Positions 8,080 to 17,186 of a stretch of DNA of 64,000 bases are shown one piece after another. Source of the DNA: an uncultured virus (IMG/VR IMGVR_UViG_3300027631_000013) (Duplodnaviria; Heunggongvirae; Uroviricota; Caudoviricetes); the IMG/VR virus record IMGVR_UViG_3300027631_000013; one strand, written 5' to 3'. The stretch's first letter is position 1. Every line of letters begins with the position of its first letter. The translations under genes were made by a program, and so were the position numbers. The notes under the pieces were generated by a model. The model was not told the DNA's origin, did not search any database, and saw nothing but the letters and a program-made list of their open reading frames with translations.

Positions 8080-9003
8080 ATGAATAATATTGGAAATGGC
8101 GCAAGCTTTAAAAAGAAGAACAATCATACTCAAGATACCGAAAGAGCACTGACAGCTGGTATTTATTCTTGGATTGACGATAATAAAAATCTAGTTCTCA
8201 TTGCTCAAAGATTAGCTAACTTAACTCTTGAATTAGGTCTTTGTGATACTAATGCTCATAATCCATTCCAAATTGTCCCTACAGATCTTTTTGCAGAAAA
8301 TGGTAATCTGCACCATGAACTATTCCTAAATATTGATCATGCAGCTTGGGGTTATTTTAGAATCCAAATCGAGTCTGAATACAAGTTTAATGTAGTAGAA
8401 CCTAAGTTAATCAATTCTTCTGACACATCCTTAATTTGTATATCAGAGTTAGAAGTAGAACAATACATTAAGTCATTAGCTGAAACATTGGATAATCACT
8501 ACAAGCTTCTTGATTTGTTAGAAGAGAGTAAGTTAGAAGAAGCTCAAAGTATCTTGGATGCAGCTTTGTCCACTTACCATCATTCAATTATCGAGCCCTT
8601 ATCTAATATCAAAACAATTGTAAGCTTCTATAATGGGGAAATTGTAATAAAGGCTACTAATGATGAGGCAACTACTCAATCTATCAAATCTATGGAAACT
8701 AGGTATGATTTAGCCCTTTTACATCCTGAAAACTGGGTTGTTACAAAGAGTGATGGAATCAACGGTCAAGAATGGTTATCTTCTCATTTGAAGTCATTCT
8801 TTGTAGTTGAGAGTAAAGCTGCATCCCTTCTTTATCTTTATCAAAAACTTATCAAAGATGCTGGTTTTAAGTTGATTGTCCACACTGATTCCGTAGAGCC
8901 TGAAACTGATTTGACTGGAGAAGTTTTAAGAGATGATGCCTTAAACTTGACACTCGTTAGACCTGTAATTCATGCAACAAAATTAGAAATACAAAATGGA
9001 TGA
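8080..9003 (+). CDS. Hypothetical protein
   Basis: 307-aa ORF preceded by GTGTATAAT (-10-like); no motif recognised. Confidence 0.7.
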   Translation: MNNIGNGASFKKKNNHTQDTERALTAGIYSWIDDNKNLVLIAQRLANLTLELGLCDTNAHNPFQIVPTDLFAENGNLHHELFLNIDHAAWGYFRIQIESEYKFNVVEPKLINSSDTSLICISELEVEQYIKSLAETLDNHYKLLDLLEESKLEEAQSILDAALSTYHHSIIEPLSNIKTIVSFYNGEIVIKATNDEATTQSIKSMETRYDLALLHPENWVVTKSDGINGQEWLSSHLKSFFVVESKAASLLYLYQKLIKDAGFKLIVHTDSVEPETDLTGEVLRDDALNLTLVRPVIHATKLEIQNG

Positions 9004-10342
9004 GTGGGGTCTTTTTGGATGCGGATGGGGAGATGCAATCGTCTCCATGTCCAATGCTAAAAAGAAGAACATCAGAAAAATTATCTATGTAGGCTCCTTT
9101 CCTGAAATTGTAGATTTTTTATTAGCACAAGATTATATAGATGAAGTTGAGCATATCCATTATTCACCAAAAGATGATGGATATTGGCTTTTCTTTTATC
9201 TTCTATCTATAAGACAAGATGCAGATAAAGTTTTAGAAAACTTTATCAAATCATTCAATCTTGGAGACCACAGAAAATATATAAATCTTCAATTAGCATT
9301 TGGCGGTGGGGACGAATTAGAATTATATGATGATTTTAATTTCTCACAAAAAGCAATTGATGAAGCAAACAAGATTGAAGAAGAATATGGGTTGAAAGAC
9401 TTTATATTGTTTCAACCAGTAAGTTTGCATTCCACACCTCCTGAAAACTTTTATCCTTATTGGGACGATATATTTAAGAAAACTCTTGAACTATATCCAG
9501 ATGATCAAATTGTTTTAATTGGACAAACAAATAGCAAGATTGATGTAAAGCACAATAATTTTTTGGATCTAAGAAATAAGTTTTCCACAGCTGAAGCAAT
9601 TGGTTATCTTTTAAGAAAAGCAAAGCTAGTAATTACTCTTCCCAACAATTCAATTTATTTTTGTAATAGATTTTCAGTGCCTACAGTTAGTTTTTGCAAT
9701 AAAGAGTTTGAACCAGCTTTAGCATTCAGAAGAACCATGAACAAAAAAACAATGGTTCTAGTTGATTGGAAAGCACCATTAGCAAAAGCTATAGATGCTC
9801 TTGAAAATTGGGAAAGCATTATAGAAAATAATCAATTCAGGATAGAAAATCATCTAGACTTTATTGGCAAGTTCTACACAGTTCCAGTGCAATACTTAAA
9901 AGATGCATTGAAATATGATTATTACCAACAGCTCCATGCAATATTTGATAAGTATCAAGATGAAGATTGGTACTTTGGTTATGGAGTGCCTTTTCAAGTA
10001 GCATTGTTTTCTTTATTTTTTAACAAAGGCAAGGGTGTAACTCAAGCATCATTTGGTATGGAATATTTTCATTCAGCTTATGAAGCTCTAAACTCCAAAA
10101 CTACAATGCTTAGGAAATCTTGTTTTGTAAGTAAGCTACCTATTGTTTTTATATCCGATGAAGCTTATCTCACTTCTAAATATCTAAGAAATAATTTTAA
10201 GCATTTCATTTGCATTTCCTTAGGCAATAATGATAGACTTAAGTCTTACTTAGGTAGAAACAATACTGAGTATCAAGAACACAATAAGTATGTTATTGAG
10301 GTTAATTATGGACATAGAACTCAACAAAAATGGCAGGGCTAA
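8996..10342 (+). CDS. GT-B glycosyltransferase, GT9 (heptosyltransferase)-like, with a C-terminal extension
   Basis: GWGDAIVS, ILFQP, IVLIG, LDLRNKFS, KAKLVIT, VPTV match the GT9 layout. Confidence 0.65.
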   Translation: MDEWGLFGCGWGDAIVSMSNAKKKNIRKIIYVGSFPEIVDFLLAQDYIDEVEHIHYSPKDDGYWLFFYLLSIRQDADKVLENFIKSFNLGDHRKYINLQLAFGGGDELELYDDFNFSQKAIDEANKIEEEYGLKDFILFQPVSLHSTPPENFYPYWDDIFKKTLELYPDDQIVLIGQTNSKIDVKHNNFLDLRNKFSTAEAIGYLLRKAKLVITLPNNSIYFCNRFSVPTVSFCNKEFEPALAFRRTMNKKTMVLVDWKAPLAKAIDALENWESIIENNQFRIENHLDFIGKFYTVPVQYLKDALKYDYYQQLHAIFDKYQDEDWYFGYGVPFQVALFSLFFNKGKGVTQASFGMEYFHSAYEALNSKTTMLRKSCFVSKLPIVFISDEAYLTSKYLRNNFKHFICISLGNNDRLKSYLGRNNTEYQEHNKYVIEVNYGHRTQQKWQG

Positions 10343-10871
10343 AATAAATAAAGAAGCTCTTAGATTATACGATTTGCCTGCAAAACAATTGGCACTAAGG
10401 TCTTTAAAACTAAAATATCCCGAATCTAGGTTTTCTTACAGAATTGTTGAAACATTTCAATTTGGAGATATTATTATGACAGAAAAGAGCACTGGCCAAG
10501 AGTATCTTGTTGAAGTTGAAGCTAGAAATGAAAGAGACCATCCAAAAAACATGATTGGAGCTTTTCCAGAAGTCAACATAACTTTAAAAAATAATCTTGA
10601 GAGTTTACATAATGAAGGCAAAAAAGGTTTTTGTATTTCAGTAAATATGGATGACCTTGACAAAGAATATGCAAGTGCTTTTTATATAACTATGTTGAAA
10701 GATATTGCCGTTGCCCCAAAAAAGAAATCATATAATTGGCGAGGCGGCTATGATGAATATTTCTTTAAATTAAGAAATGATCAAGCACAAAGATTTAAAC
10801 TTGATCAATCCACATCTAAGTATGTAAAAATTAATTTAACACATGAGAGAAAAAATGATTACTATAACTGA
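10308..10871 (+). CDS. Putative PD-(D/E)xK-like nuclease
   Basis: GAGG RBS before ATG 10308; FGDII...YLVEVEAR pattern. Confidence 0.4.
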   Translation: MDIELNKNGRAKINKEALRLYDLPAKQLALRSLKLKYPESRFSYRIVETFQFGDIIMTEKSTGQEYLVEVEARNERDHPKNMIGAFPEVNITLKNNLESLHNEGKKGFCISVNMDDLDKEYASAFYITMLKDIAVAPKKKSYNWRGGYDEYFFKLRNDQAQRFKLDQSTSKYVKINLTHERKNDYYN

Positions 10872-11241
10872 AACGGCTGCTGAAATTATCCTAGACACTA
10901 TCGATGCTCAAGAAATGGAAAATGTATATCTTGAGTTGCGAATAACTGGTGGCGGTTGTTCTGGATTACAATATGCTTTAGGGCTTACAGAACTAGATGA
11001 TATTGGTATTGATGAAGTTGTCCATGAAAGTAATGGAATAAAGATTCTCACCACTCTTAAAGAATTAAAGTATGTCGATGGTAGTGTAATTGATTATGTT
11101 GACATGCCTATGGGTAAGGGTTTTAAAGTAAATAATCCACAAGCCACTAAATCATGTGGTTGTGGATCTTCATTCTCTACTGATGATGATGATATTTCTG
11201 AACTCAATGAAGGCAAGGGTTGTGGTTCTTGTAAGAGTTAG
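10855..11241 (+). CDS. iscA: A-type Fe-S cluster carrier (HesB/IscA/ErpA family)
   Basis: ITITETA, GGGCSGLQY, IDY...GFKVNNPQATKSCGCGSSF; extra C-terminal GCGSC. Confidence 0.9.
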   Translation: MITITETAAEIILDTIDAQEMENVYLELRITGGGCSGLQYALGLTELDDIGIDEVVHESNGIKILTTLKELKYVDGSVIDYVDMPMGKGFKVNNPQATKSCGCGSSFSTDDDDISELNEGKGCGSCKS

Positions 11242-11504
11242 TTTCTTCCTTTAGTGAAAAATCTTTTAAACTTTCTATCTGGATCTGACAATTCTCTAAC
11301 TTTATCTAAATGTTTGCCTTGCTCATGGGGCGGTATGACATTTATATTTAAGAAAACATCATAAAAAAACATTAAAATGTCTAGGCTTAAAAACCTAGAC
11401 ATTTTAATGTTTTTAATGAATTGTGACAAAAAAGCAGTTCTTAAAATCCATCTCTCAACTTCATCTTTTCTTACTTTGTTTGCAAGTTCTTTTGTTAAGT
11501 TCAT
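11238..11504 (-). CDS. Hypothetical protein
   Basis: 88 aa, last gene of a tightly packed minus-strand run. Confidence 0.55.
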   Translation of the reverse strand: MNLTKELANKVRKDEVERWILRTAFLSQFIKNIKMSRFLSLDILMFFYDVFLNINVIPPHEQGKHLDKVRELSDPDRKFKRFFTKGRN

Positions 11505-11506
11505 TA

Positions 11507-11878
11507 TTACATCATATGCAATCTATATTTGGTTTGATTCAATATAGCAAGCATTTCGTCTCTAATATTTAATAAATCAGTGTCTGCGTCATCCAATCTT
11601 TGTGGAACAATATTTACAAGATATTCTACAAACTCATCAATAAATGCTTCTGGATTCTCATCTAAATTGTGAAGTGCAATATTGAAAGTACCATTAGCCA
11701 TAAGCTTGCCTTTCTTGCCTTGATAAATCTCAATGAAATCATCAATTAATGGGTCTAATTCATCGTAAGCAGTACCAAAGGCTTCGTGTTGTGCAAAAGA
11801 CCCTGGATTCTTCTGTGTTTGCCAATGAAAAACACGCATTTGATTCTGCAATGTCAAGAAGTTTGTGATATAATTCAT
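11507..11878 (-). CDS. Ferritin/Dps-like four-helix protein (phage type)
   Basis: FHWQT...SFAQHEAF..YDEL..LIDDFIE ferroxidase-like pattern; DLLNIRDEM. Confidence 0.8.
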   Translation of the reverse strand: MNYITNFLTLQNQMRVFHWQTQKNPGSFAQHEAFGTAYDELDPLIDDFIEIYQGKKGKLMANGTFNIALHNLDENPEAFIDEFVEYLVNIVPQRLDDADTDLLNIRDEMLAILNQTKYRLHMM

Positions 11879-12555
11879 TTTTCTAATCCTTCATAACGTT
11901 TTGAAATAAACTCCCAATTGATTATTTTGAACCAATTAGTGATATATTTCTCTCTGTTGTTTTGATATTTGAGATAATAAGCATGCTCCCAAACATCACA
12001 CCCTAATAATGGTGTACCACATTTTTCAATATATGGATTTGATTGATTTTTAAAACCTTGCACTTTAAGCTTCTTACCATCTGTGCAAAGCCAAACCCAA
12101 CCAGAGCCAAAGTGCTTAACTCCAACATCAATAAACTCTTTCTTAAAATTATCATAGCTACCAAATTGTTTATTGATATCTTCTGCTAATTTTCCAGATG
12201 GTTTTTGATTTGTAGTCGAAGACATTGAAATCCAGAAATAAGAATGATTAAAATGTCCACCAGCATTATTTAAAAATGCCTCTTGATCAGCTTTAGCTAC
12301 CTTTGGATCCATAAGTAAATCTATCAAATGGTTATCTTTAAGGCTTGGTTTTTTGTCTAAGATTTCATTCATCTTTTCGACATATTTTTTATGATGCTTG
12401 CCATGGTGTATTCTCATAGTGTTAGCATCAATCACTGGTTCCAAAGCTTCAAATCCATATGGTAATTTAGGTAAGTCATAACCACATTCAAAATCTTGCT
12501 CAATTGATTTTGAAGAGAGTTTGGTTAAGTCTAGATAAAAATTATTGAATCTCAT
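11875..12555 (-). CDS. sodA: Fe/Mn superoxide dismutase, Mn-type signature, with ~25-aa N-terminal extension
   Basis: LPKLPY, HHGKHH, NNAGGHFNHSYFW, FGSGWVWL, NQ, DVWEHAYY. Confidence 0.92.
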   Translation of the reverse strand: MRFNNFYLDLTKLSSKSIEQDFECGYDLPKLPYGFEALEPVIDANTMRIHHGKHHKKYVEKMNEILDKKPSLKDNHLIDLLMDPKVAKADQEAFLNNAGGHFNHSYFWISMSSTTNQKPSGKLAEDINKQFGSYDNFKKEFIDVGVKHFGSGWVWLCTDGKKLKVQGFKNQSNPYIEKCGTPLLGCDVWEHAYYLKYQNNREKYITNWFKIINWEFISKRYEGLEK

Positions 12556-12983
12556 TATGCTTTTGAAATGGCTGCAAACATAGGGGCATTTGGATTGTTA
12601 GGATCAGGAGCAATAGGAATACCGATTTGTATAGGAGCTTTAACATTGTGTAAAGAATCTGGCAAAAGACCACCTTCACATGTTAATACCTGATCTGATG
12701 TATAGCCTTTTTGTGATCTCCAAGCATCAAACTCAGCTCCACATAAAGATTGACCTGGAGCTATTTGACCACAGAACTCACCATCTGGACCTTTAGAACC
12801 ATGTAACACTAAAACTTTGCCAGAAGGAGTTGCTATTTCTGCAAATGATCCTTCTTTCAATGCCTTACTCATTTTTTGCATTTCAGCATAGTTAGCATAA
12901 ATGCCAGTGTTAGGACCTAAAGATGATTGACCACTTTGAGATGCTATATCAATTGGTTGTTGTTGAGCTATTTTGTACCACAT
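12555..12983 (-). CDS. Hypothetical protein with MWYKIAQ start
   Basis: 142 aa; overlaps the SOD start by 1 nt. Confidence 0.7.
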   Translation of the reverse strand: MWYKIAQQQPIDIASQSGQSSLGPNTGIYANYAEMQKMSKALKEGSFAEIATPSGKVLVLHGSKGPDGEFCGQIAPGQSLCGAEFDAWRSQKGYTSDQVLTCEGGLLPDSLHNVKAPIQIGIPIAPDPNNPNAPMFAAISKA

Positions 12984-12993
12984 ATCTATTTAA

Positions 12994-13545
12994 TTAAATA
13001 TTTGAAGAATCTCTACCTATCACTTTCCATTCTATTTTTGATTCATATTTTACACAATGTTCACAAAGCTGTTCTAAAGTATTGAAAAGAACCTTAAATC
13101 TATTTATTTTTTTTGAATCATTTGCAATAGTGTCTAAATAAATATTTAATTTTGTGTGAAACTTTTCTGCGTGTAAACTACCTTCTTCTGGCAATTTTAA
13201 AGCATCTAGTATTGGAAAAGCTATATTTCTAGGATGAGTGCAACTATTATTTTCTGCATTTATGTCTAAGGCAGTAAGTGTAATATTTAAAGTTTCCTTA
13301 TCCTCTTCGTACAGAAGTATATTTTTTTTAAATGGATAGTCAACTCCATAACAAAAAGCATCAAAACAATTAATTCTTTCTAACCAAAAAGAAAGAGGAT
13401 AAGCAATACCTATCCTCTTCTCTAGAAAATCAACTAAATACTCATTACTAGCCCCATTTTTTCTGTAAGTCATCATCCAAAGAACTTCAGGTCCTGCGGA
13501 GTCTGAAAAATTACAGTTTTGAGGATAGAAATAAATGCTCTCCAT
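12994..13545 (-). CDS. Hypothetical protein
   Basis: 183-aa ORF coupled to the upstream gene. Confidence 0.7.
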   Translation of the reverse strand: MESIYFYPQNCNFSDSAGPEVLWMMTYRKNGASNEYLVDFLEKRIGIAYPLSFWLERINCFDAFCYGVDYPFKKNILLYEEDKETLNITLTALDINAENNSCTHPRNIAFPILDALKLPEEGSLHAEKFHTKLNIYLDTIANDSKKINRFKVLFNTLEQLCEHCVKYESKIEWKVIGRDSSNI

Positions 13546-14279
13546 CAGACAGGCTTCATTGTCTCTACAAACTTTACAAGGAAAGCTCTCACTGCAGCAA
13601 TTGTAGCTCTTGATGTGGGGATAAGCTTAATATCTGCCAAAGCCTTATTATATACTTCTGCTCTAAAACCATTAAGTGTCTTTTGTGCAAGAGTGGTGGT
13701 TTCAGCTTCATCCATGTAAAGAGCATCAATCTCTTCTGGGGAAATTGGAGAAAGGTTAGCAAGTCTTTCCTCTAATTCTGCATCTTCATTAGCATCATAA
13801 GCAGTGAAGCAATCATCGACATATGACTTCATTTCAACTTTAGCCATTAAGGATTGCTGAATAACTTCGTCTCGCAAAGCATTCATCCATCCCATAGGAG
13901 GACCTGAAACAGGAGCAGGATCAACAATTACAGGTTGACGACTCATTACATCATCAAGTTCTTGCTTAAATGAAGAAGCCATAGTTTCAATTGCAGTGTT
14001 GAGCATAGCAATATTAACTACATCATCAGTATTCTTCTCTTCAACCATCTTTTGAAGCAAATCAAGTCTGGTGTTTGTCATACCAACGAATTGATCAAGT
14101 TTTTCAAAAGCTTTGTCTGTAAGTGCTTTATTATCATAGACAACAGCAGTTAGTTCTTGAAGCAAAACAGTCAATTCATCATTTGCAATATTGAACTCAT
14201 ATTGTGAAACTGAGTCAGCAACAACTGTATCTTCAGCTACAATAACTTCTCTCTTTCCAAGCCAATCAAAAATACCCAT
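13545..14279 (-). CDS. Hypothetical acidic helical/coiled-coil protein
   Basis: 244 aa; GAGGT RBS and GTATAAT upstream. Confidence 0.75.
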   Translation of the reverse strand: MGIFDWLGKREVIVAEDTVVADSVSQYEFNIANDELTVLLQELTAVVYDNKALTDKAFEKLDQFVGMTNTRLDLLQKMVEEKNTDDVVNIAMLNTAIETMASSFKQELDDVMSRQPVIVDPAPVSGPPMGWMNALRDEVIQQSLMAKVEMKSYVDDCFTAYDANEDAELEERLANLSPISPEEIDALYMDEAETTTLAQKTLNGFRAEVYNKALADIKLIPTSRATIAAVRAFLVKFVETMKPV

Positions 14280-14306
14280 TGTGAATTACCTCTAGATTAA
14301 TTATAC

Positions 14307-14942
14307 CTAGAAATTACGACCCCCACCGAAACCGCCTACTCCGCCATTCATTCCACCAAATGCACCACCGCCAAAGCCTCCCATTGCTCCTCCGCCCATT
14401 CCATTACCACCGCCCATTCCAAAGCCTCCATTGCCTCCGAAAGAGCTATTACCATTACCACCGCCAAAGTTGCCCATACCACTTCCATTCATTCCACCTG
14501 TATATCTACTAAATTGATTGATTAAAAGAATGTTGCCAAATGCTGACATCAAATCAACAGGGTCAATAAATGTCAATGGTATTCTTTCCCAGCTTGAATT
14601 ATTTTTTACATTAGGGATTAGATCAGGACCACCAGTTTGAGGAGTTGGTGTGGAGATTCTTTGCTTTACAATCCATACATTATTTTCTTTAGTATATGAT
14701 AGTGGAGTTGTTGCAGCTCTCATTACTAATTTAAGGGAGTTTTCAAACGGCTGATCTTCCAGAGTCATTGTTACGAAACCAGCAACAGAATTATCAATGA
14801 CATAGTTTTTGATTCCTGCTTGTTTAAACATCATCTCTAATGTTGTTCTTACGGGTGCATCTTTTAAATCAACTGAGATATTCTGTGCAAAAACTGGAGA
14901 ACAAGCAACTAAACAAACTAAAAGAGCTATTAATTTTTTCAT
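14307..14942 (-). CDS. Secreted secretin/TonB short N-terminal (STN/N0)-like protein with Gly-rich tail
   Basis: Signal peptide (..SPVFA|Q); ISVDLKDAPVRTTLEMMF...VAGFVTMTLEDQPFENSLKLVM; IPLTFIDP (N1-like start); GGF/GGM tail; no barrel domain. Confidence 0.75.
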   Translation of the reverse strand: MKKLIALLVCLVACSPVFAQNISVDLKDAPVRTTLEMMFKQAGIKNYVIDNSVAGFVTMTLEDQPFENSLKLVMRAATTPLSYTKENNVWIVKQRISTPTPQTGGPDLIPNVKNNSSWERIPLTFIDPVDLMSAFGNILLINQFSRYTGGMNGSGMGNFGGGNGNSSFGGNGGFGMGGGNGMGGGAMGGFGGGAFGGMNGGVGGFGGGRNF

Positions 14943-15283
14943 TTCTTTTTTGGTTCCACATTATAGATTTTTTTCTTACCAATAGTTTCAACAGAGAATT
15001 GGACATTATATTTAGAAGAAAGATATTCCACCGCTTCATCGACAGTGAAATCTACGAAACTAAAATTCTTCTTTTCAGCCTTATCTAAAGAACTGTCAAT
15101 ATATTTGTTTCTTATATTGGCTTGCTTAAAAAACCCTTCAATCACTTCTTTGGCATTTCTATAGTATGAAGAATTAAGACTGATTGATATTTCTTTCTTA
15201 GGCTTTGGTTCATCTTGTGCATTTGCCACCGTTCCCAATAAGAAAAAAGCCAATGTGTAAAAGATTGCTGAGTATATTTTCAT
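14939..15283 (-). CDS. Secreted STN/N0-like protein
   Basis: Signal peptide (..VANA|Q); EVIEGFFKQANIRNKYID...SFVDFTVDEAVEYL aligns by eye with the neighbour's EMMFKQAGIKNYVID; AGGAG RBS. Confidence 0.6.
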   Translation of the reverse strand: MKIYSAIFYTLAFFLLGTVANAQDEPKPKKEISISLNSSYYRNAKEVIEGFFKQANIRNKYIDSSLDKAEKKNFSFVDFTVDEAVEYLSSKYNVQFSVETIGKKKIYNVEPKKK

Positions 15284-15335
15284 TTTTGTTTCTCCTAGCT
15301 ATTTTGTACAAATCACTTATAGGACACTGATTTTT

Positions 15336-15641
15336 ATGAAACCCTTCGACTTAATATCAAATGACAATGACGATAATGATGTAATTAATGCATTTGAAAA
15401 AAGATTAGAGCTTGTTTTATCTTTAAGTGCACAAGAATTAGTAGAGAGAATTGAAAACACTTACGACTCTTCTGATGTGTTGATTGAGGGATATTCTCTT
15501 ACTGACAATCTTTCCACTGCTGATTCTATTGCTTACGCTTCTATTGTAAGGTTGAGAGAAATGTTGAGCGAGAGTGCACTTTGGCTTAAAAACGAGTTCA
15601 AATTGCATGAGTATGATGAAAACGATGAAACTGACCTTTGA
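15336..15641 (+). CDS. Acidic hypothetical protein
   Basis: 101-aa ORF. Confidence 0.65.
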   Translation: MKPFDLISNDNDDNDVINAFEKRLELVLSLSAQELVERIENTYDSSDVLIEGYSLTDNLSTADSIAYASIVRLREMLSESALWLKNEFKLHEYDENDETDL

Positions 15642-15954
15642 TGAAATTGATAGTGCATTTCAAAACAAAATTAAGTCTTTAGTAGAAAACTTTAATCCAG
15701 AAAAAGTCCTAATTACAGCTGAATCAAAAATGGTGTTTTATAGGAAAGATTCTGGATTTGATTTTTTTGGATGTGATTTCTGTCTTTTTAATGAAGTAAA
15801 GCAGAATGAGTTTGGAGAATTTATAATTGGAGATTTGGAATTATTAAACTTTTTTGACATACAACCAGAAACAGACATGCCACAAGAATTTGGTTTGAAC
15901 TTATGGTATTGCCCTAAATGTCAAAAGCAATTAATCAACCAACATGAAAAATAA
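15625..15954 (+). CDS. Hypothetical protein with two CxxC motifs
   Basis: GCDFC and YCPKC; start codon uncertain. Confidence 0.6.
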   Translation: MKLTFDEIDSAFQNKIKSLVENFNPEKVLITAESKMVFYRKDSGFDFFGCDFCLFNEVKQNEFGEFIIGDLELLNFFDIQPETDMPQEFGLNLWYCPKCQKQLINQHEK

Positions 15955-16382
15955 TGTCAGCTTATAAAAAAATTAAATGTAATATTATTGACAAAGAAAC
16001 ACTTGTCAAAGCGCTTTCATCTATTGGATTCAAACCTCTAGTGCATGATTTACCACAGCACTTGAGAGGATACAGAAACGACATTAGAAAAGACACTGCT
16101 GAAATAATTGTACCTAAAGAGCAAATCAATTCTTTATTTACAGGTGCTTCTAATGATCTTGGTTTTAAATGGAATGAAGAAGAATCCAAATATGAAATTG
16201 TTTGTTCTGATTATGATTCAAAGTTCAAGATAGACGAAAGAGTAGTGCAAGCATATACAAAAGTAGTGATTGAAGAGGCATTAGAAAAGCAAGGCTATAA
16301 AATTAAAGTAAATATAGCTGATGAGGATCTAAAGAAACGCAAGCAAGCACAAATTGAAATCGTTGCTAGGAAGTTAATCTAA
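15954..16382 (+). CDS. DUF1257 / Ycf35-like protein
   Basis: MSAY..IK..I.D...LVKAL...G, NDLGFKWN, YEIVCSDYD, VQAY...V.EE....GY. Confidence 0.75.
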   Translation: MSAYKKIKCNIIDKETLVKALSSIGFKPLVHDLPQHLRGYRNDIRKDTAEIIVPKEQINSLFTGASNDLGFKWNEEESKYEIVCSDYDSKFKIDERVVQAYTKVVIEEALEKQGYKIKVNIADEDLKKRKQAQIEIVARKLI

Positions 16383-16591
16383 TGCCTAAAGAAATAGAAT
16401 TAAATATAGAAATTGATGAAAAAGGCAATGTAAAAGTCACACCTAAAGGAACAGTGGGAAAAGAATGTTTAGATATTTTAAAGTTCTTGGATAAATTGGA
16501 AGGTGTGGAAGTACAAGAAACTGTTGCCAATGATGATATGAATAAAACAACATTGCAAAAAATAAATGTTCAAGGAGTAAAAAATGAATAA
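16382..16591 (+). CDS. DUF2997-like protein
   Basis: IEIDEKGNVKVTPKGTVGKECLDI; usual neighbour of DUF1257. Confidence 0.7.
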   Translation: MPKEIELNIEIDEKGNVKVTPKGTVGKECLDILKFLDKLEGVEVQETVANDDMNKTTLQKINVQGVKNE

Positions 16592-17186
16592 TCTTGAAAA
16601 GTGGTTTTGGAAGTTATTATCTACTAAAGGATCTGATTTTAGTGCTTTAACTGTTAAGAAGCCTGGCCCTGTAATGGTAGAAGCAGCAGAAGACGCAGAT
16701 ACAGATGAAGTATTGTCAGTGAGAGAAAATGGTAGTAACGCTGGAAAATATGTTTCTGAATATTTGAAAGCTGTAGGGTTGGGGCCTGGACATCCTTGGT
16801 GTATGGCTTTTGTAGTATTTAGAATTATTAAAGCTGCACATAGAACCATGGTAAATATTCCAGCTGTTATGCCTCGTACTGGTGCCGTTGCTGTTTTTGG
16901 AAAATGGGCACAAAAAGATGGTCATTTTATTAGACGTGCTGATCTTGAACTAGGTAAAGCTGTTCCAATGAAAGGCGATGTAGTTGTGTATTGGTTTGCT
17001 TCAAAAGGTAGACTTGCTCATGCTGGTATTGTTGTAGATGGTGGTAAAACATTCTATACAGTGGAAGGCAATACATCAAGCGGAATTGAAACTAGTGTTG
17101 ATAGAGATGGTCAAGGAACATACAAGAAACTACGCAAATATTCTCATTTAGGAATCTTTGGTGGAATTATTAGACTTCCATATTAA
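16584..17186 (+). CDS. CHAP-domain peptidoglycan hydrolase (candidate endolysin)
   Basis: VRENGSNAG..V.EYL..VGL..G.PWCMAFV, GDVV, HAGIV, TVEGNT. Confidence 0.85.
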   Translation: MNNLEKWFWKLLSTKGSDFSALTVKKPGPVMVEAAEDADTDEVLSVRENGSNAGKYVSEYLKAVGLGPGHPWCMAFVVFRIIKAAHRTMVNIPAVMPRTGAVAVFGKWAQKDGHFIRRADLELGKAVPMKGDVVVYWFASKGRLAHAGIVVDGGKTFYTVEGNTSSGIETSVDRDGQGTYKKLRKYSHLGIFGGIIRLPY

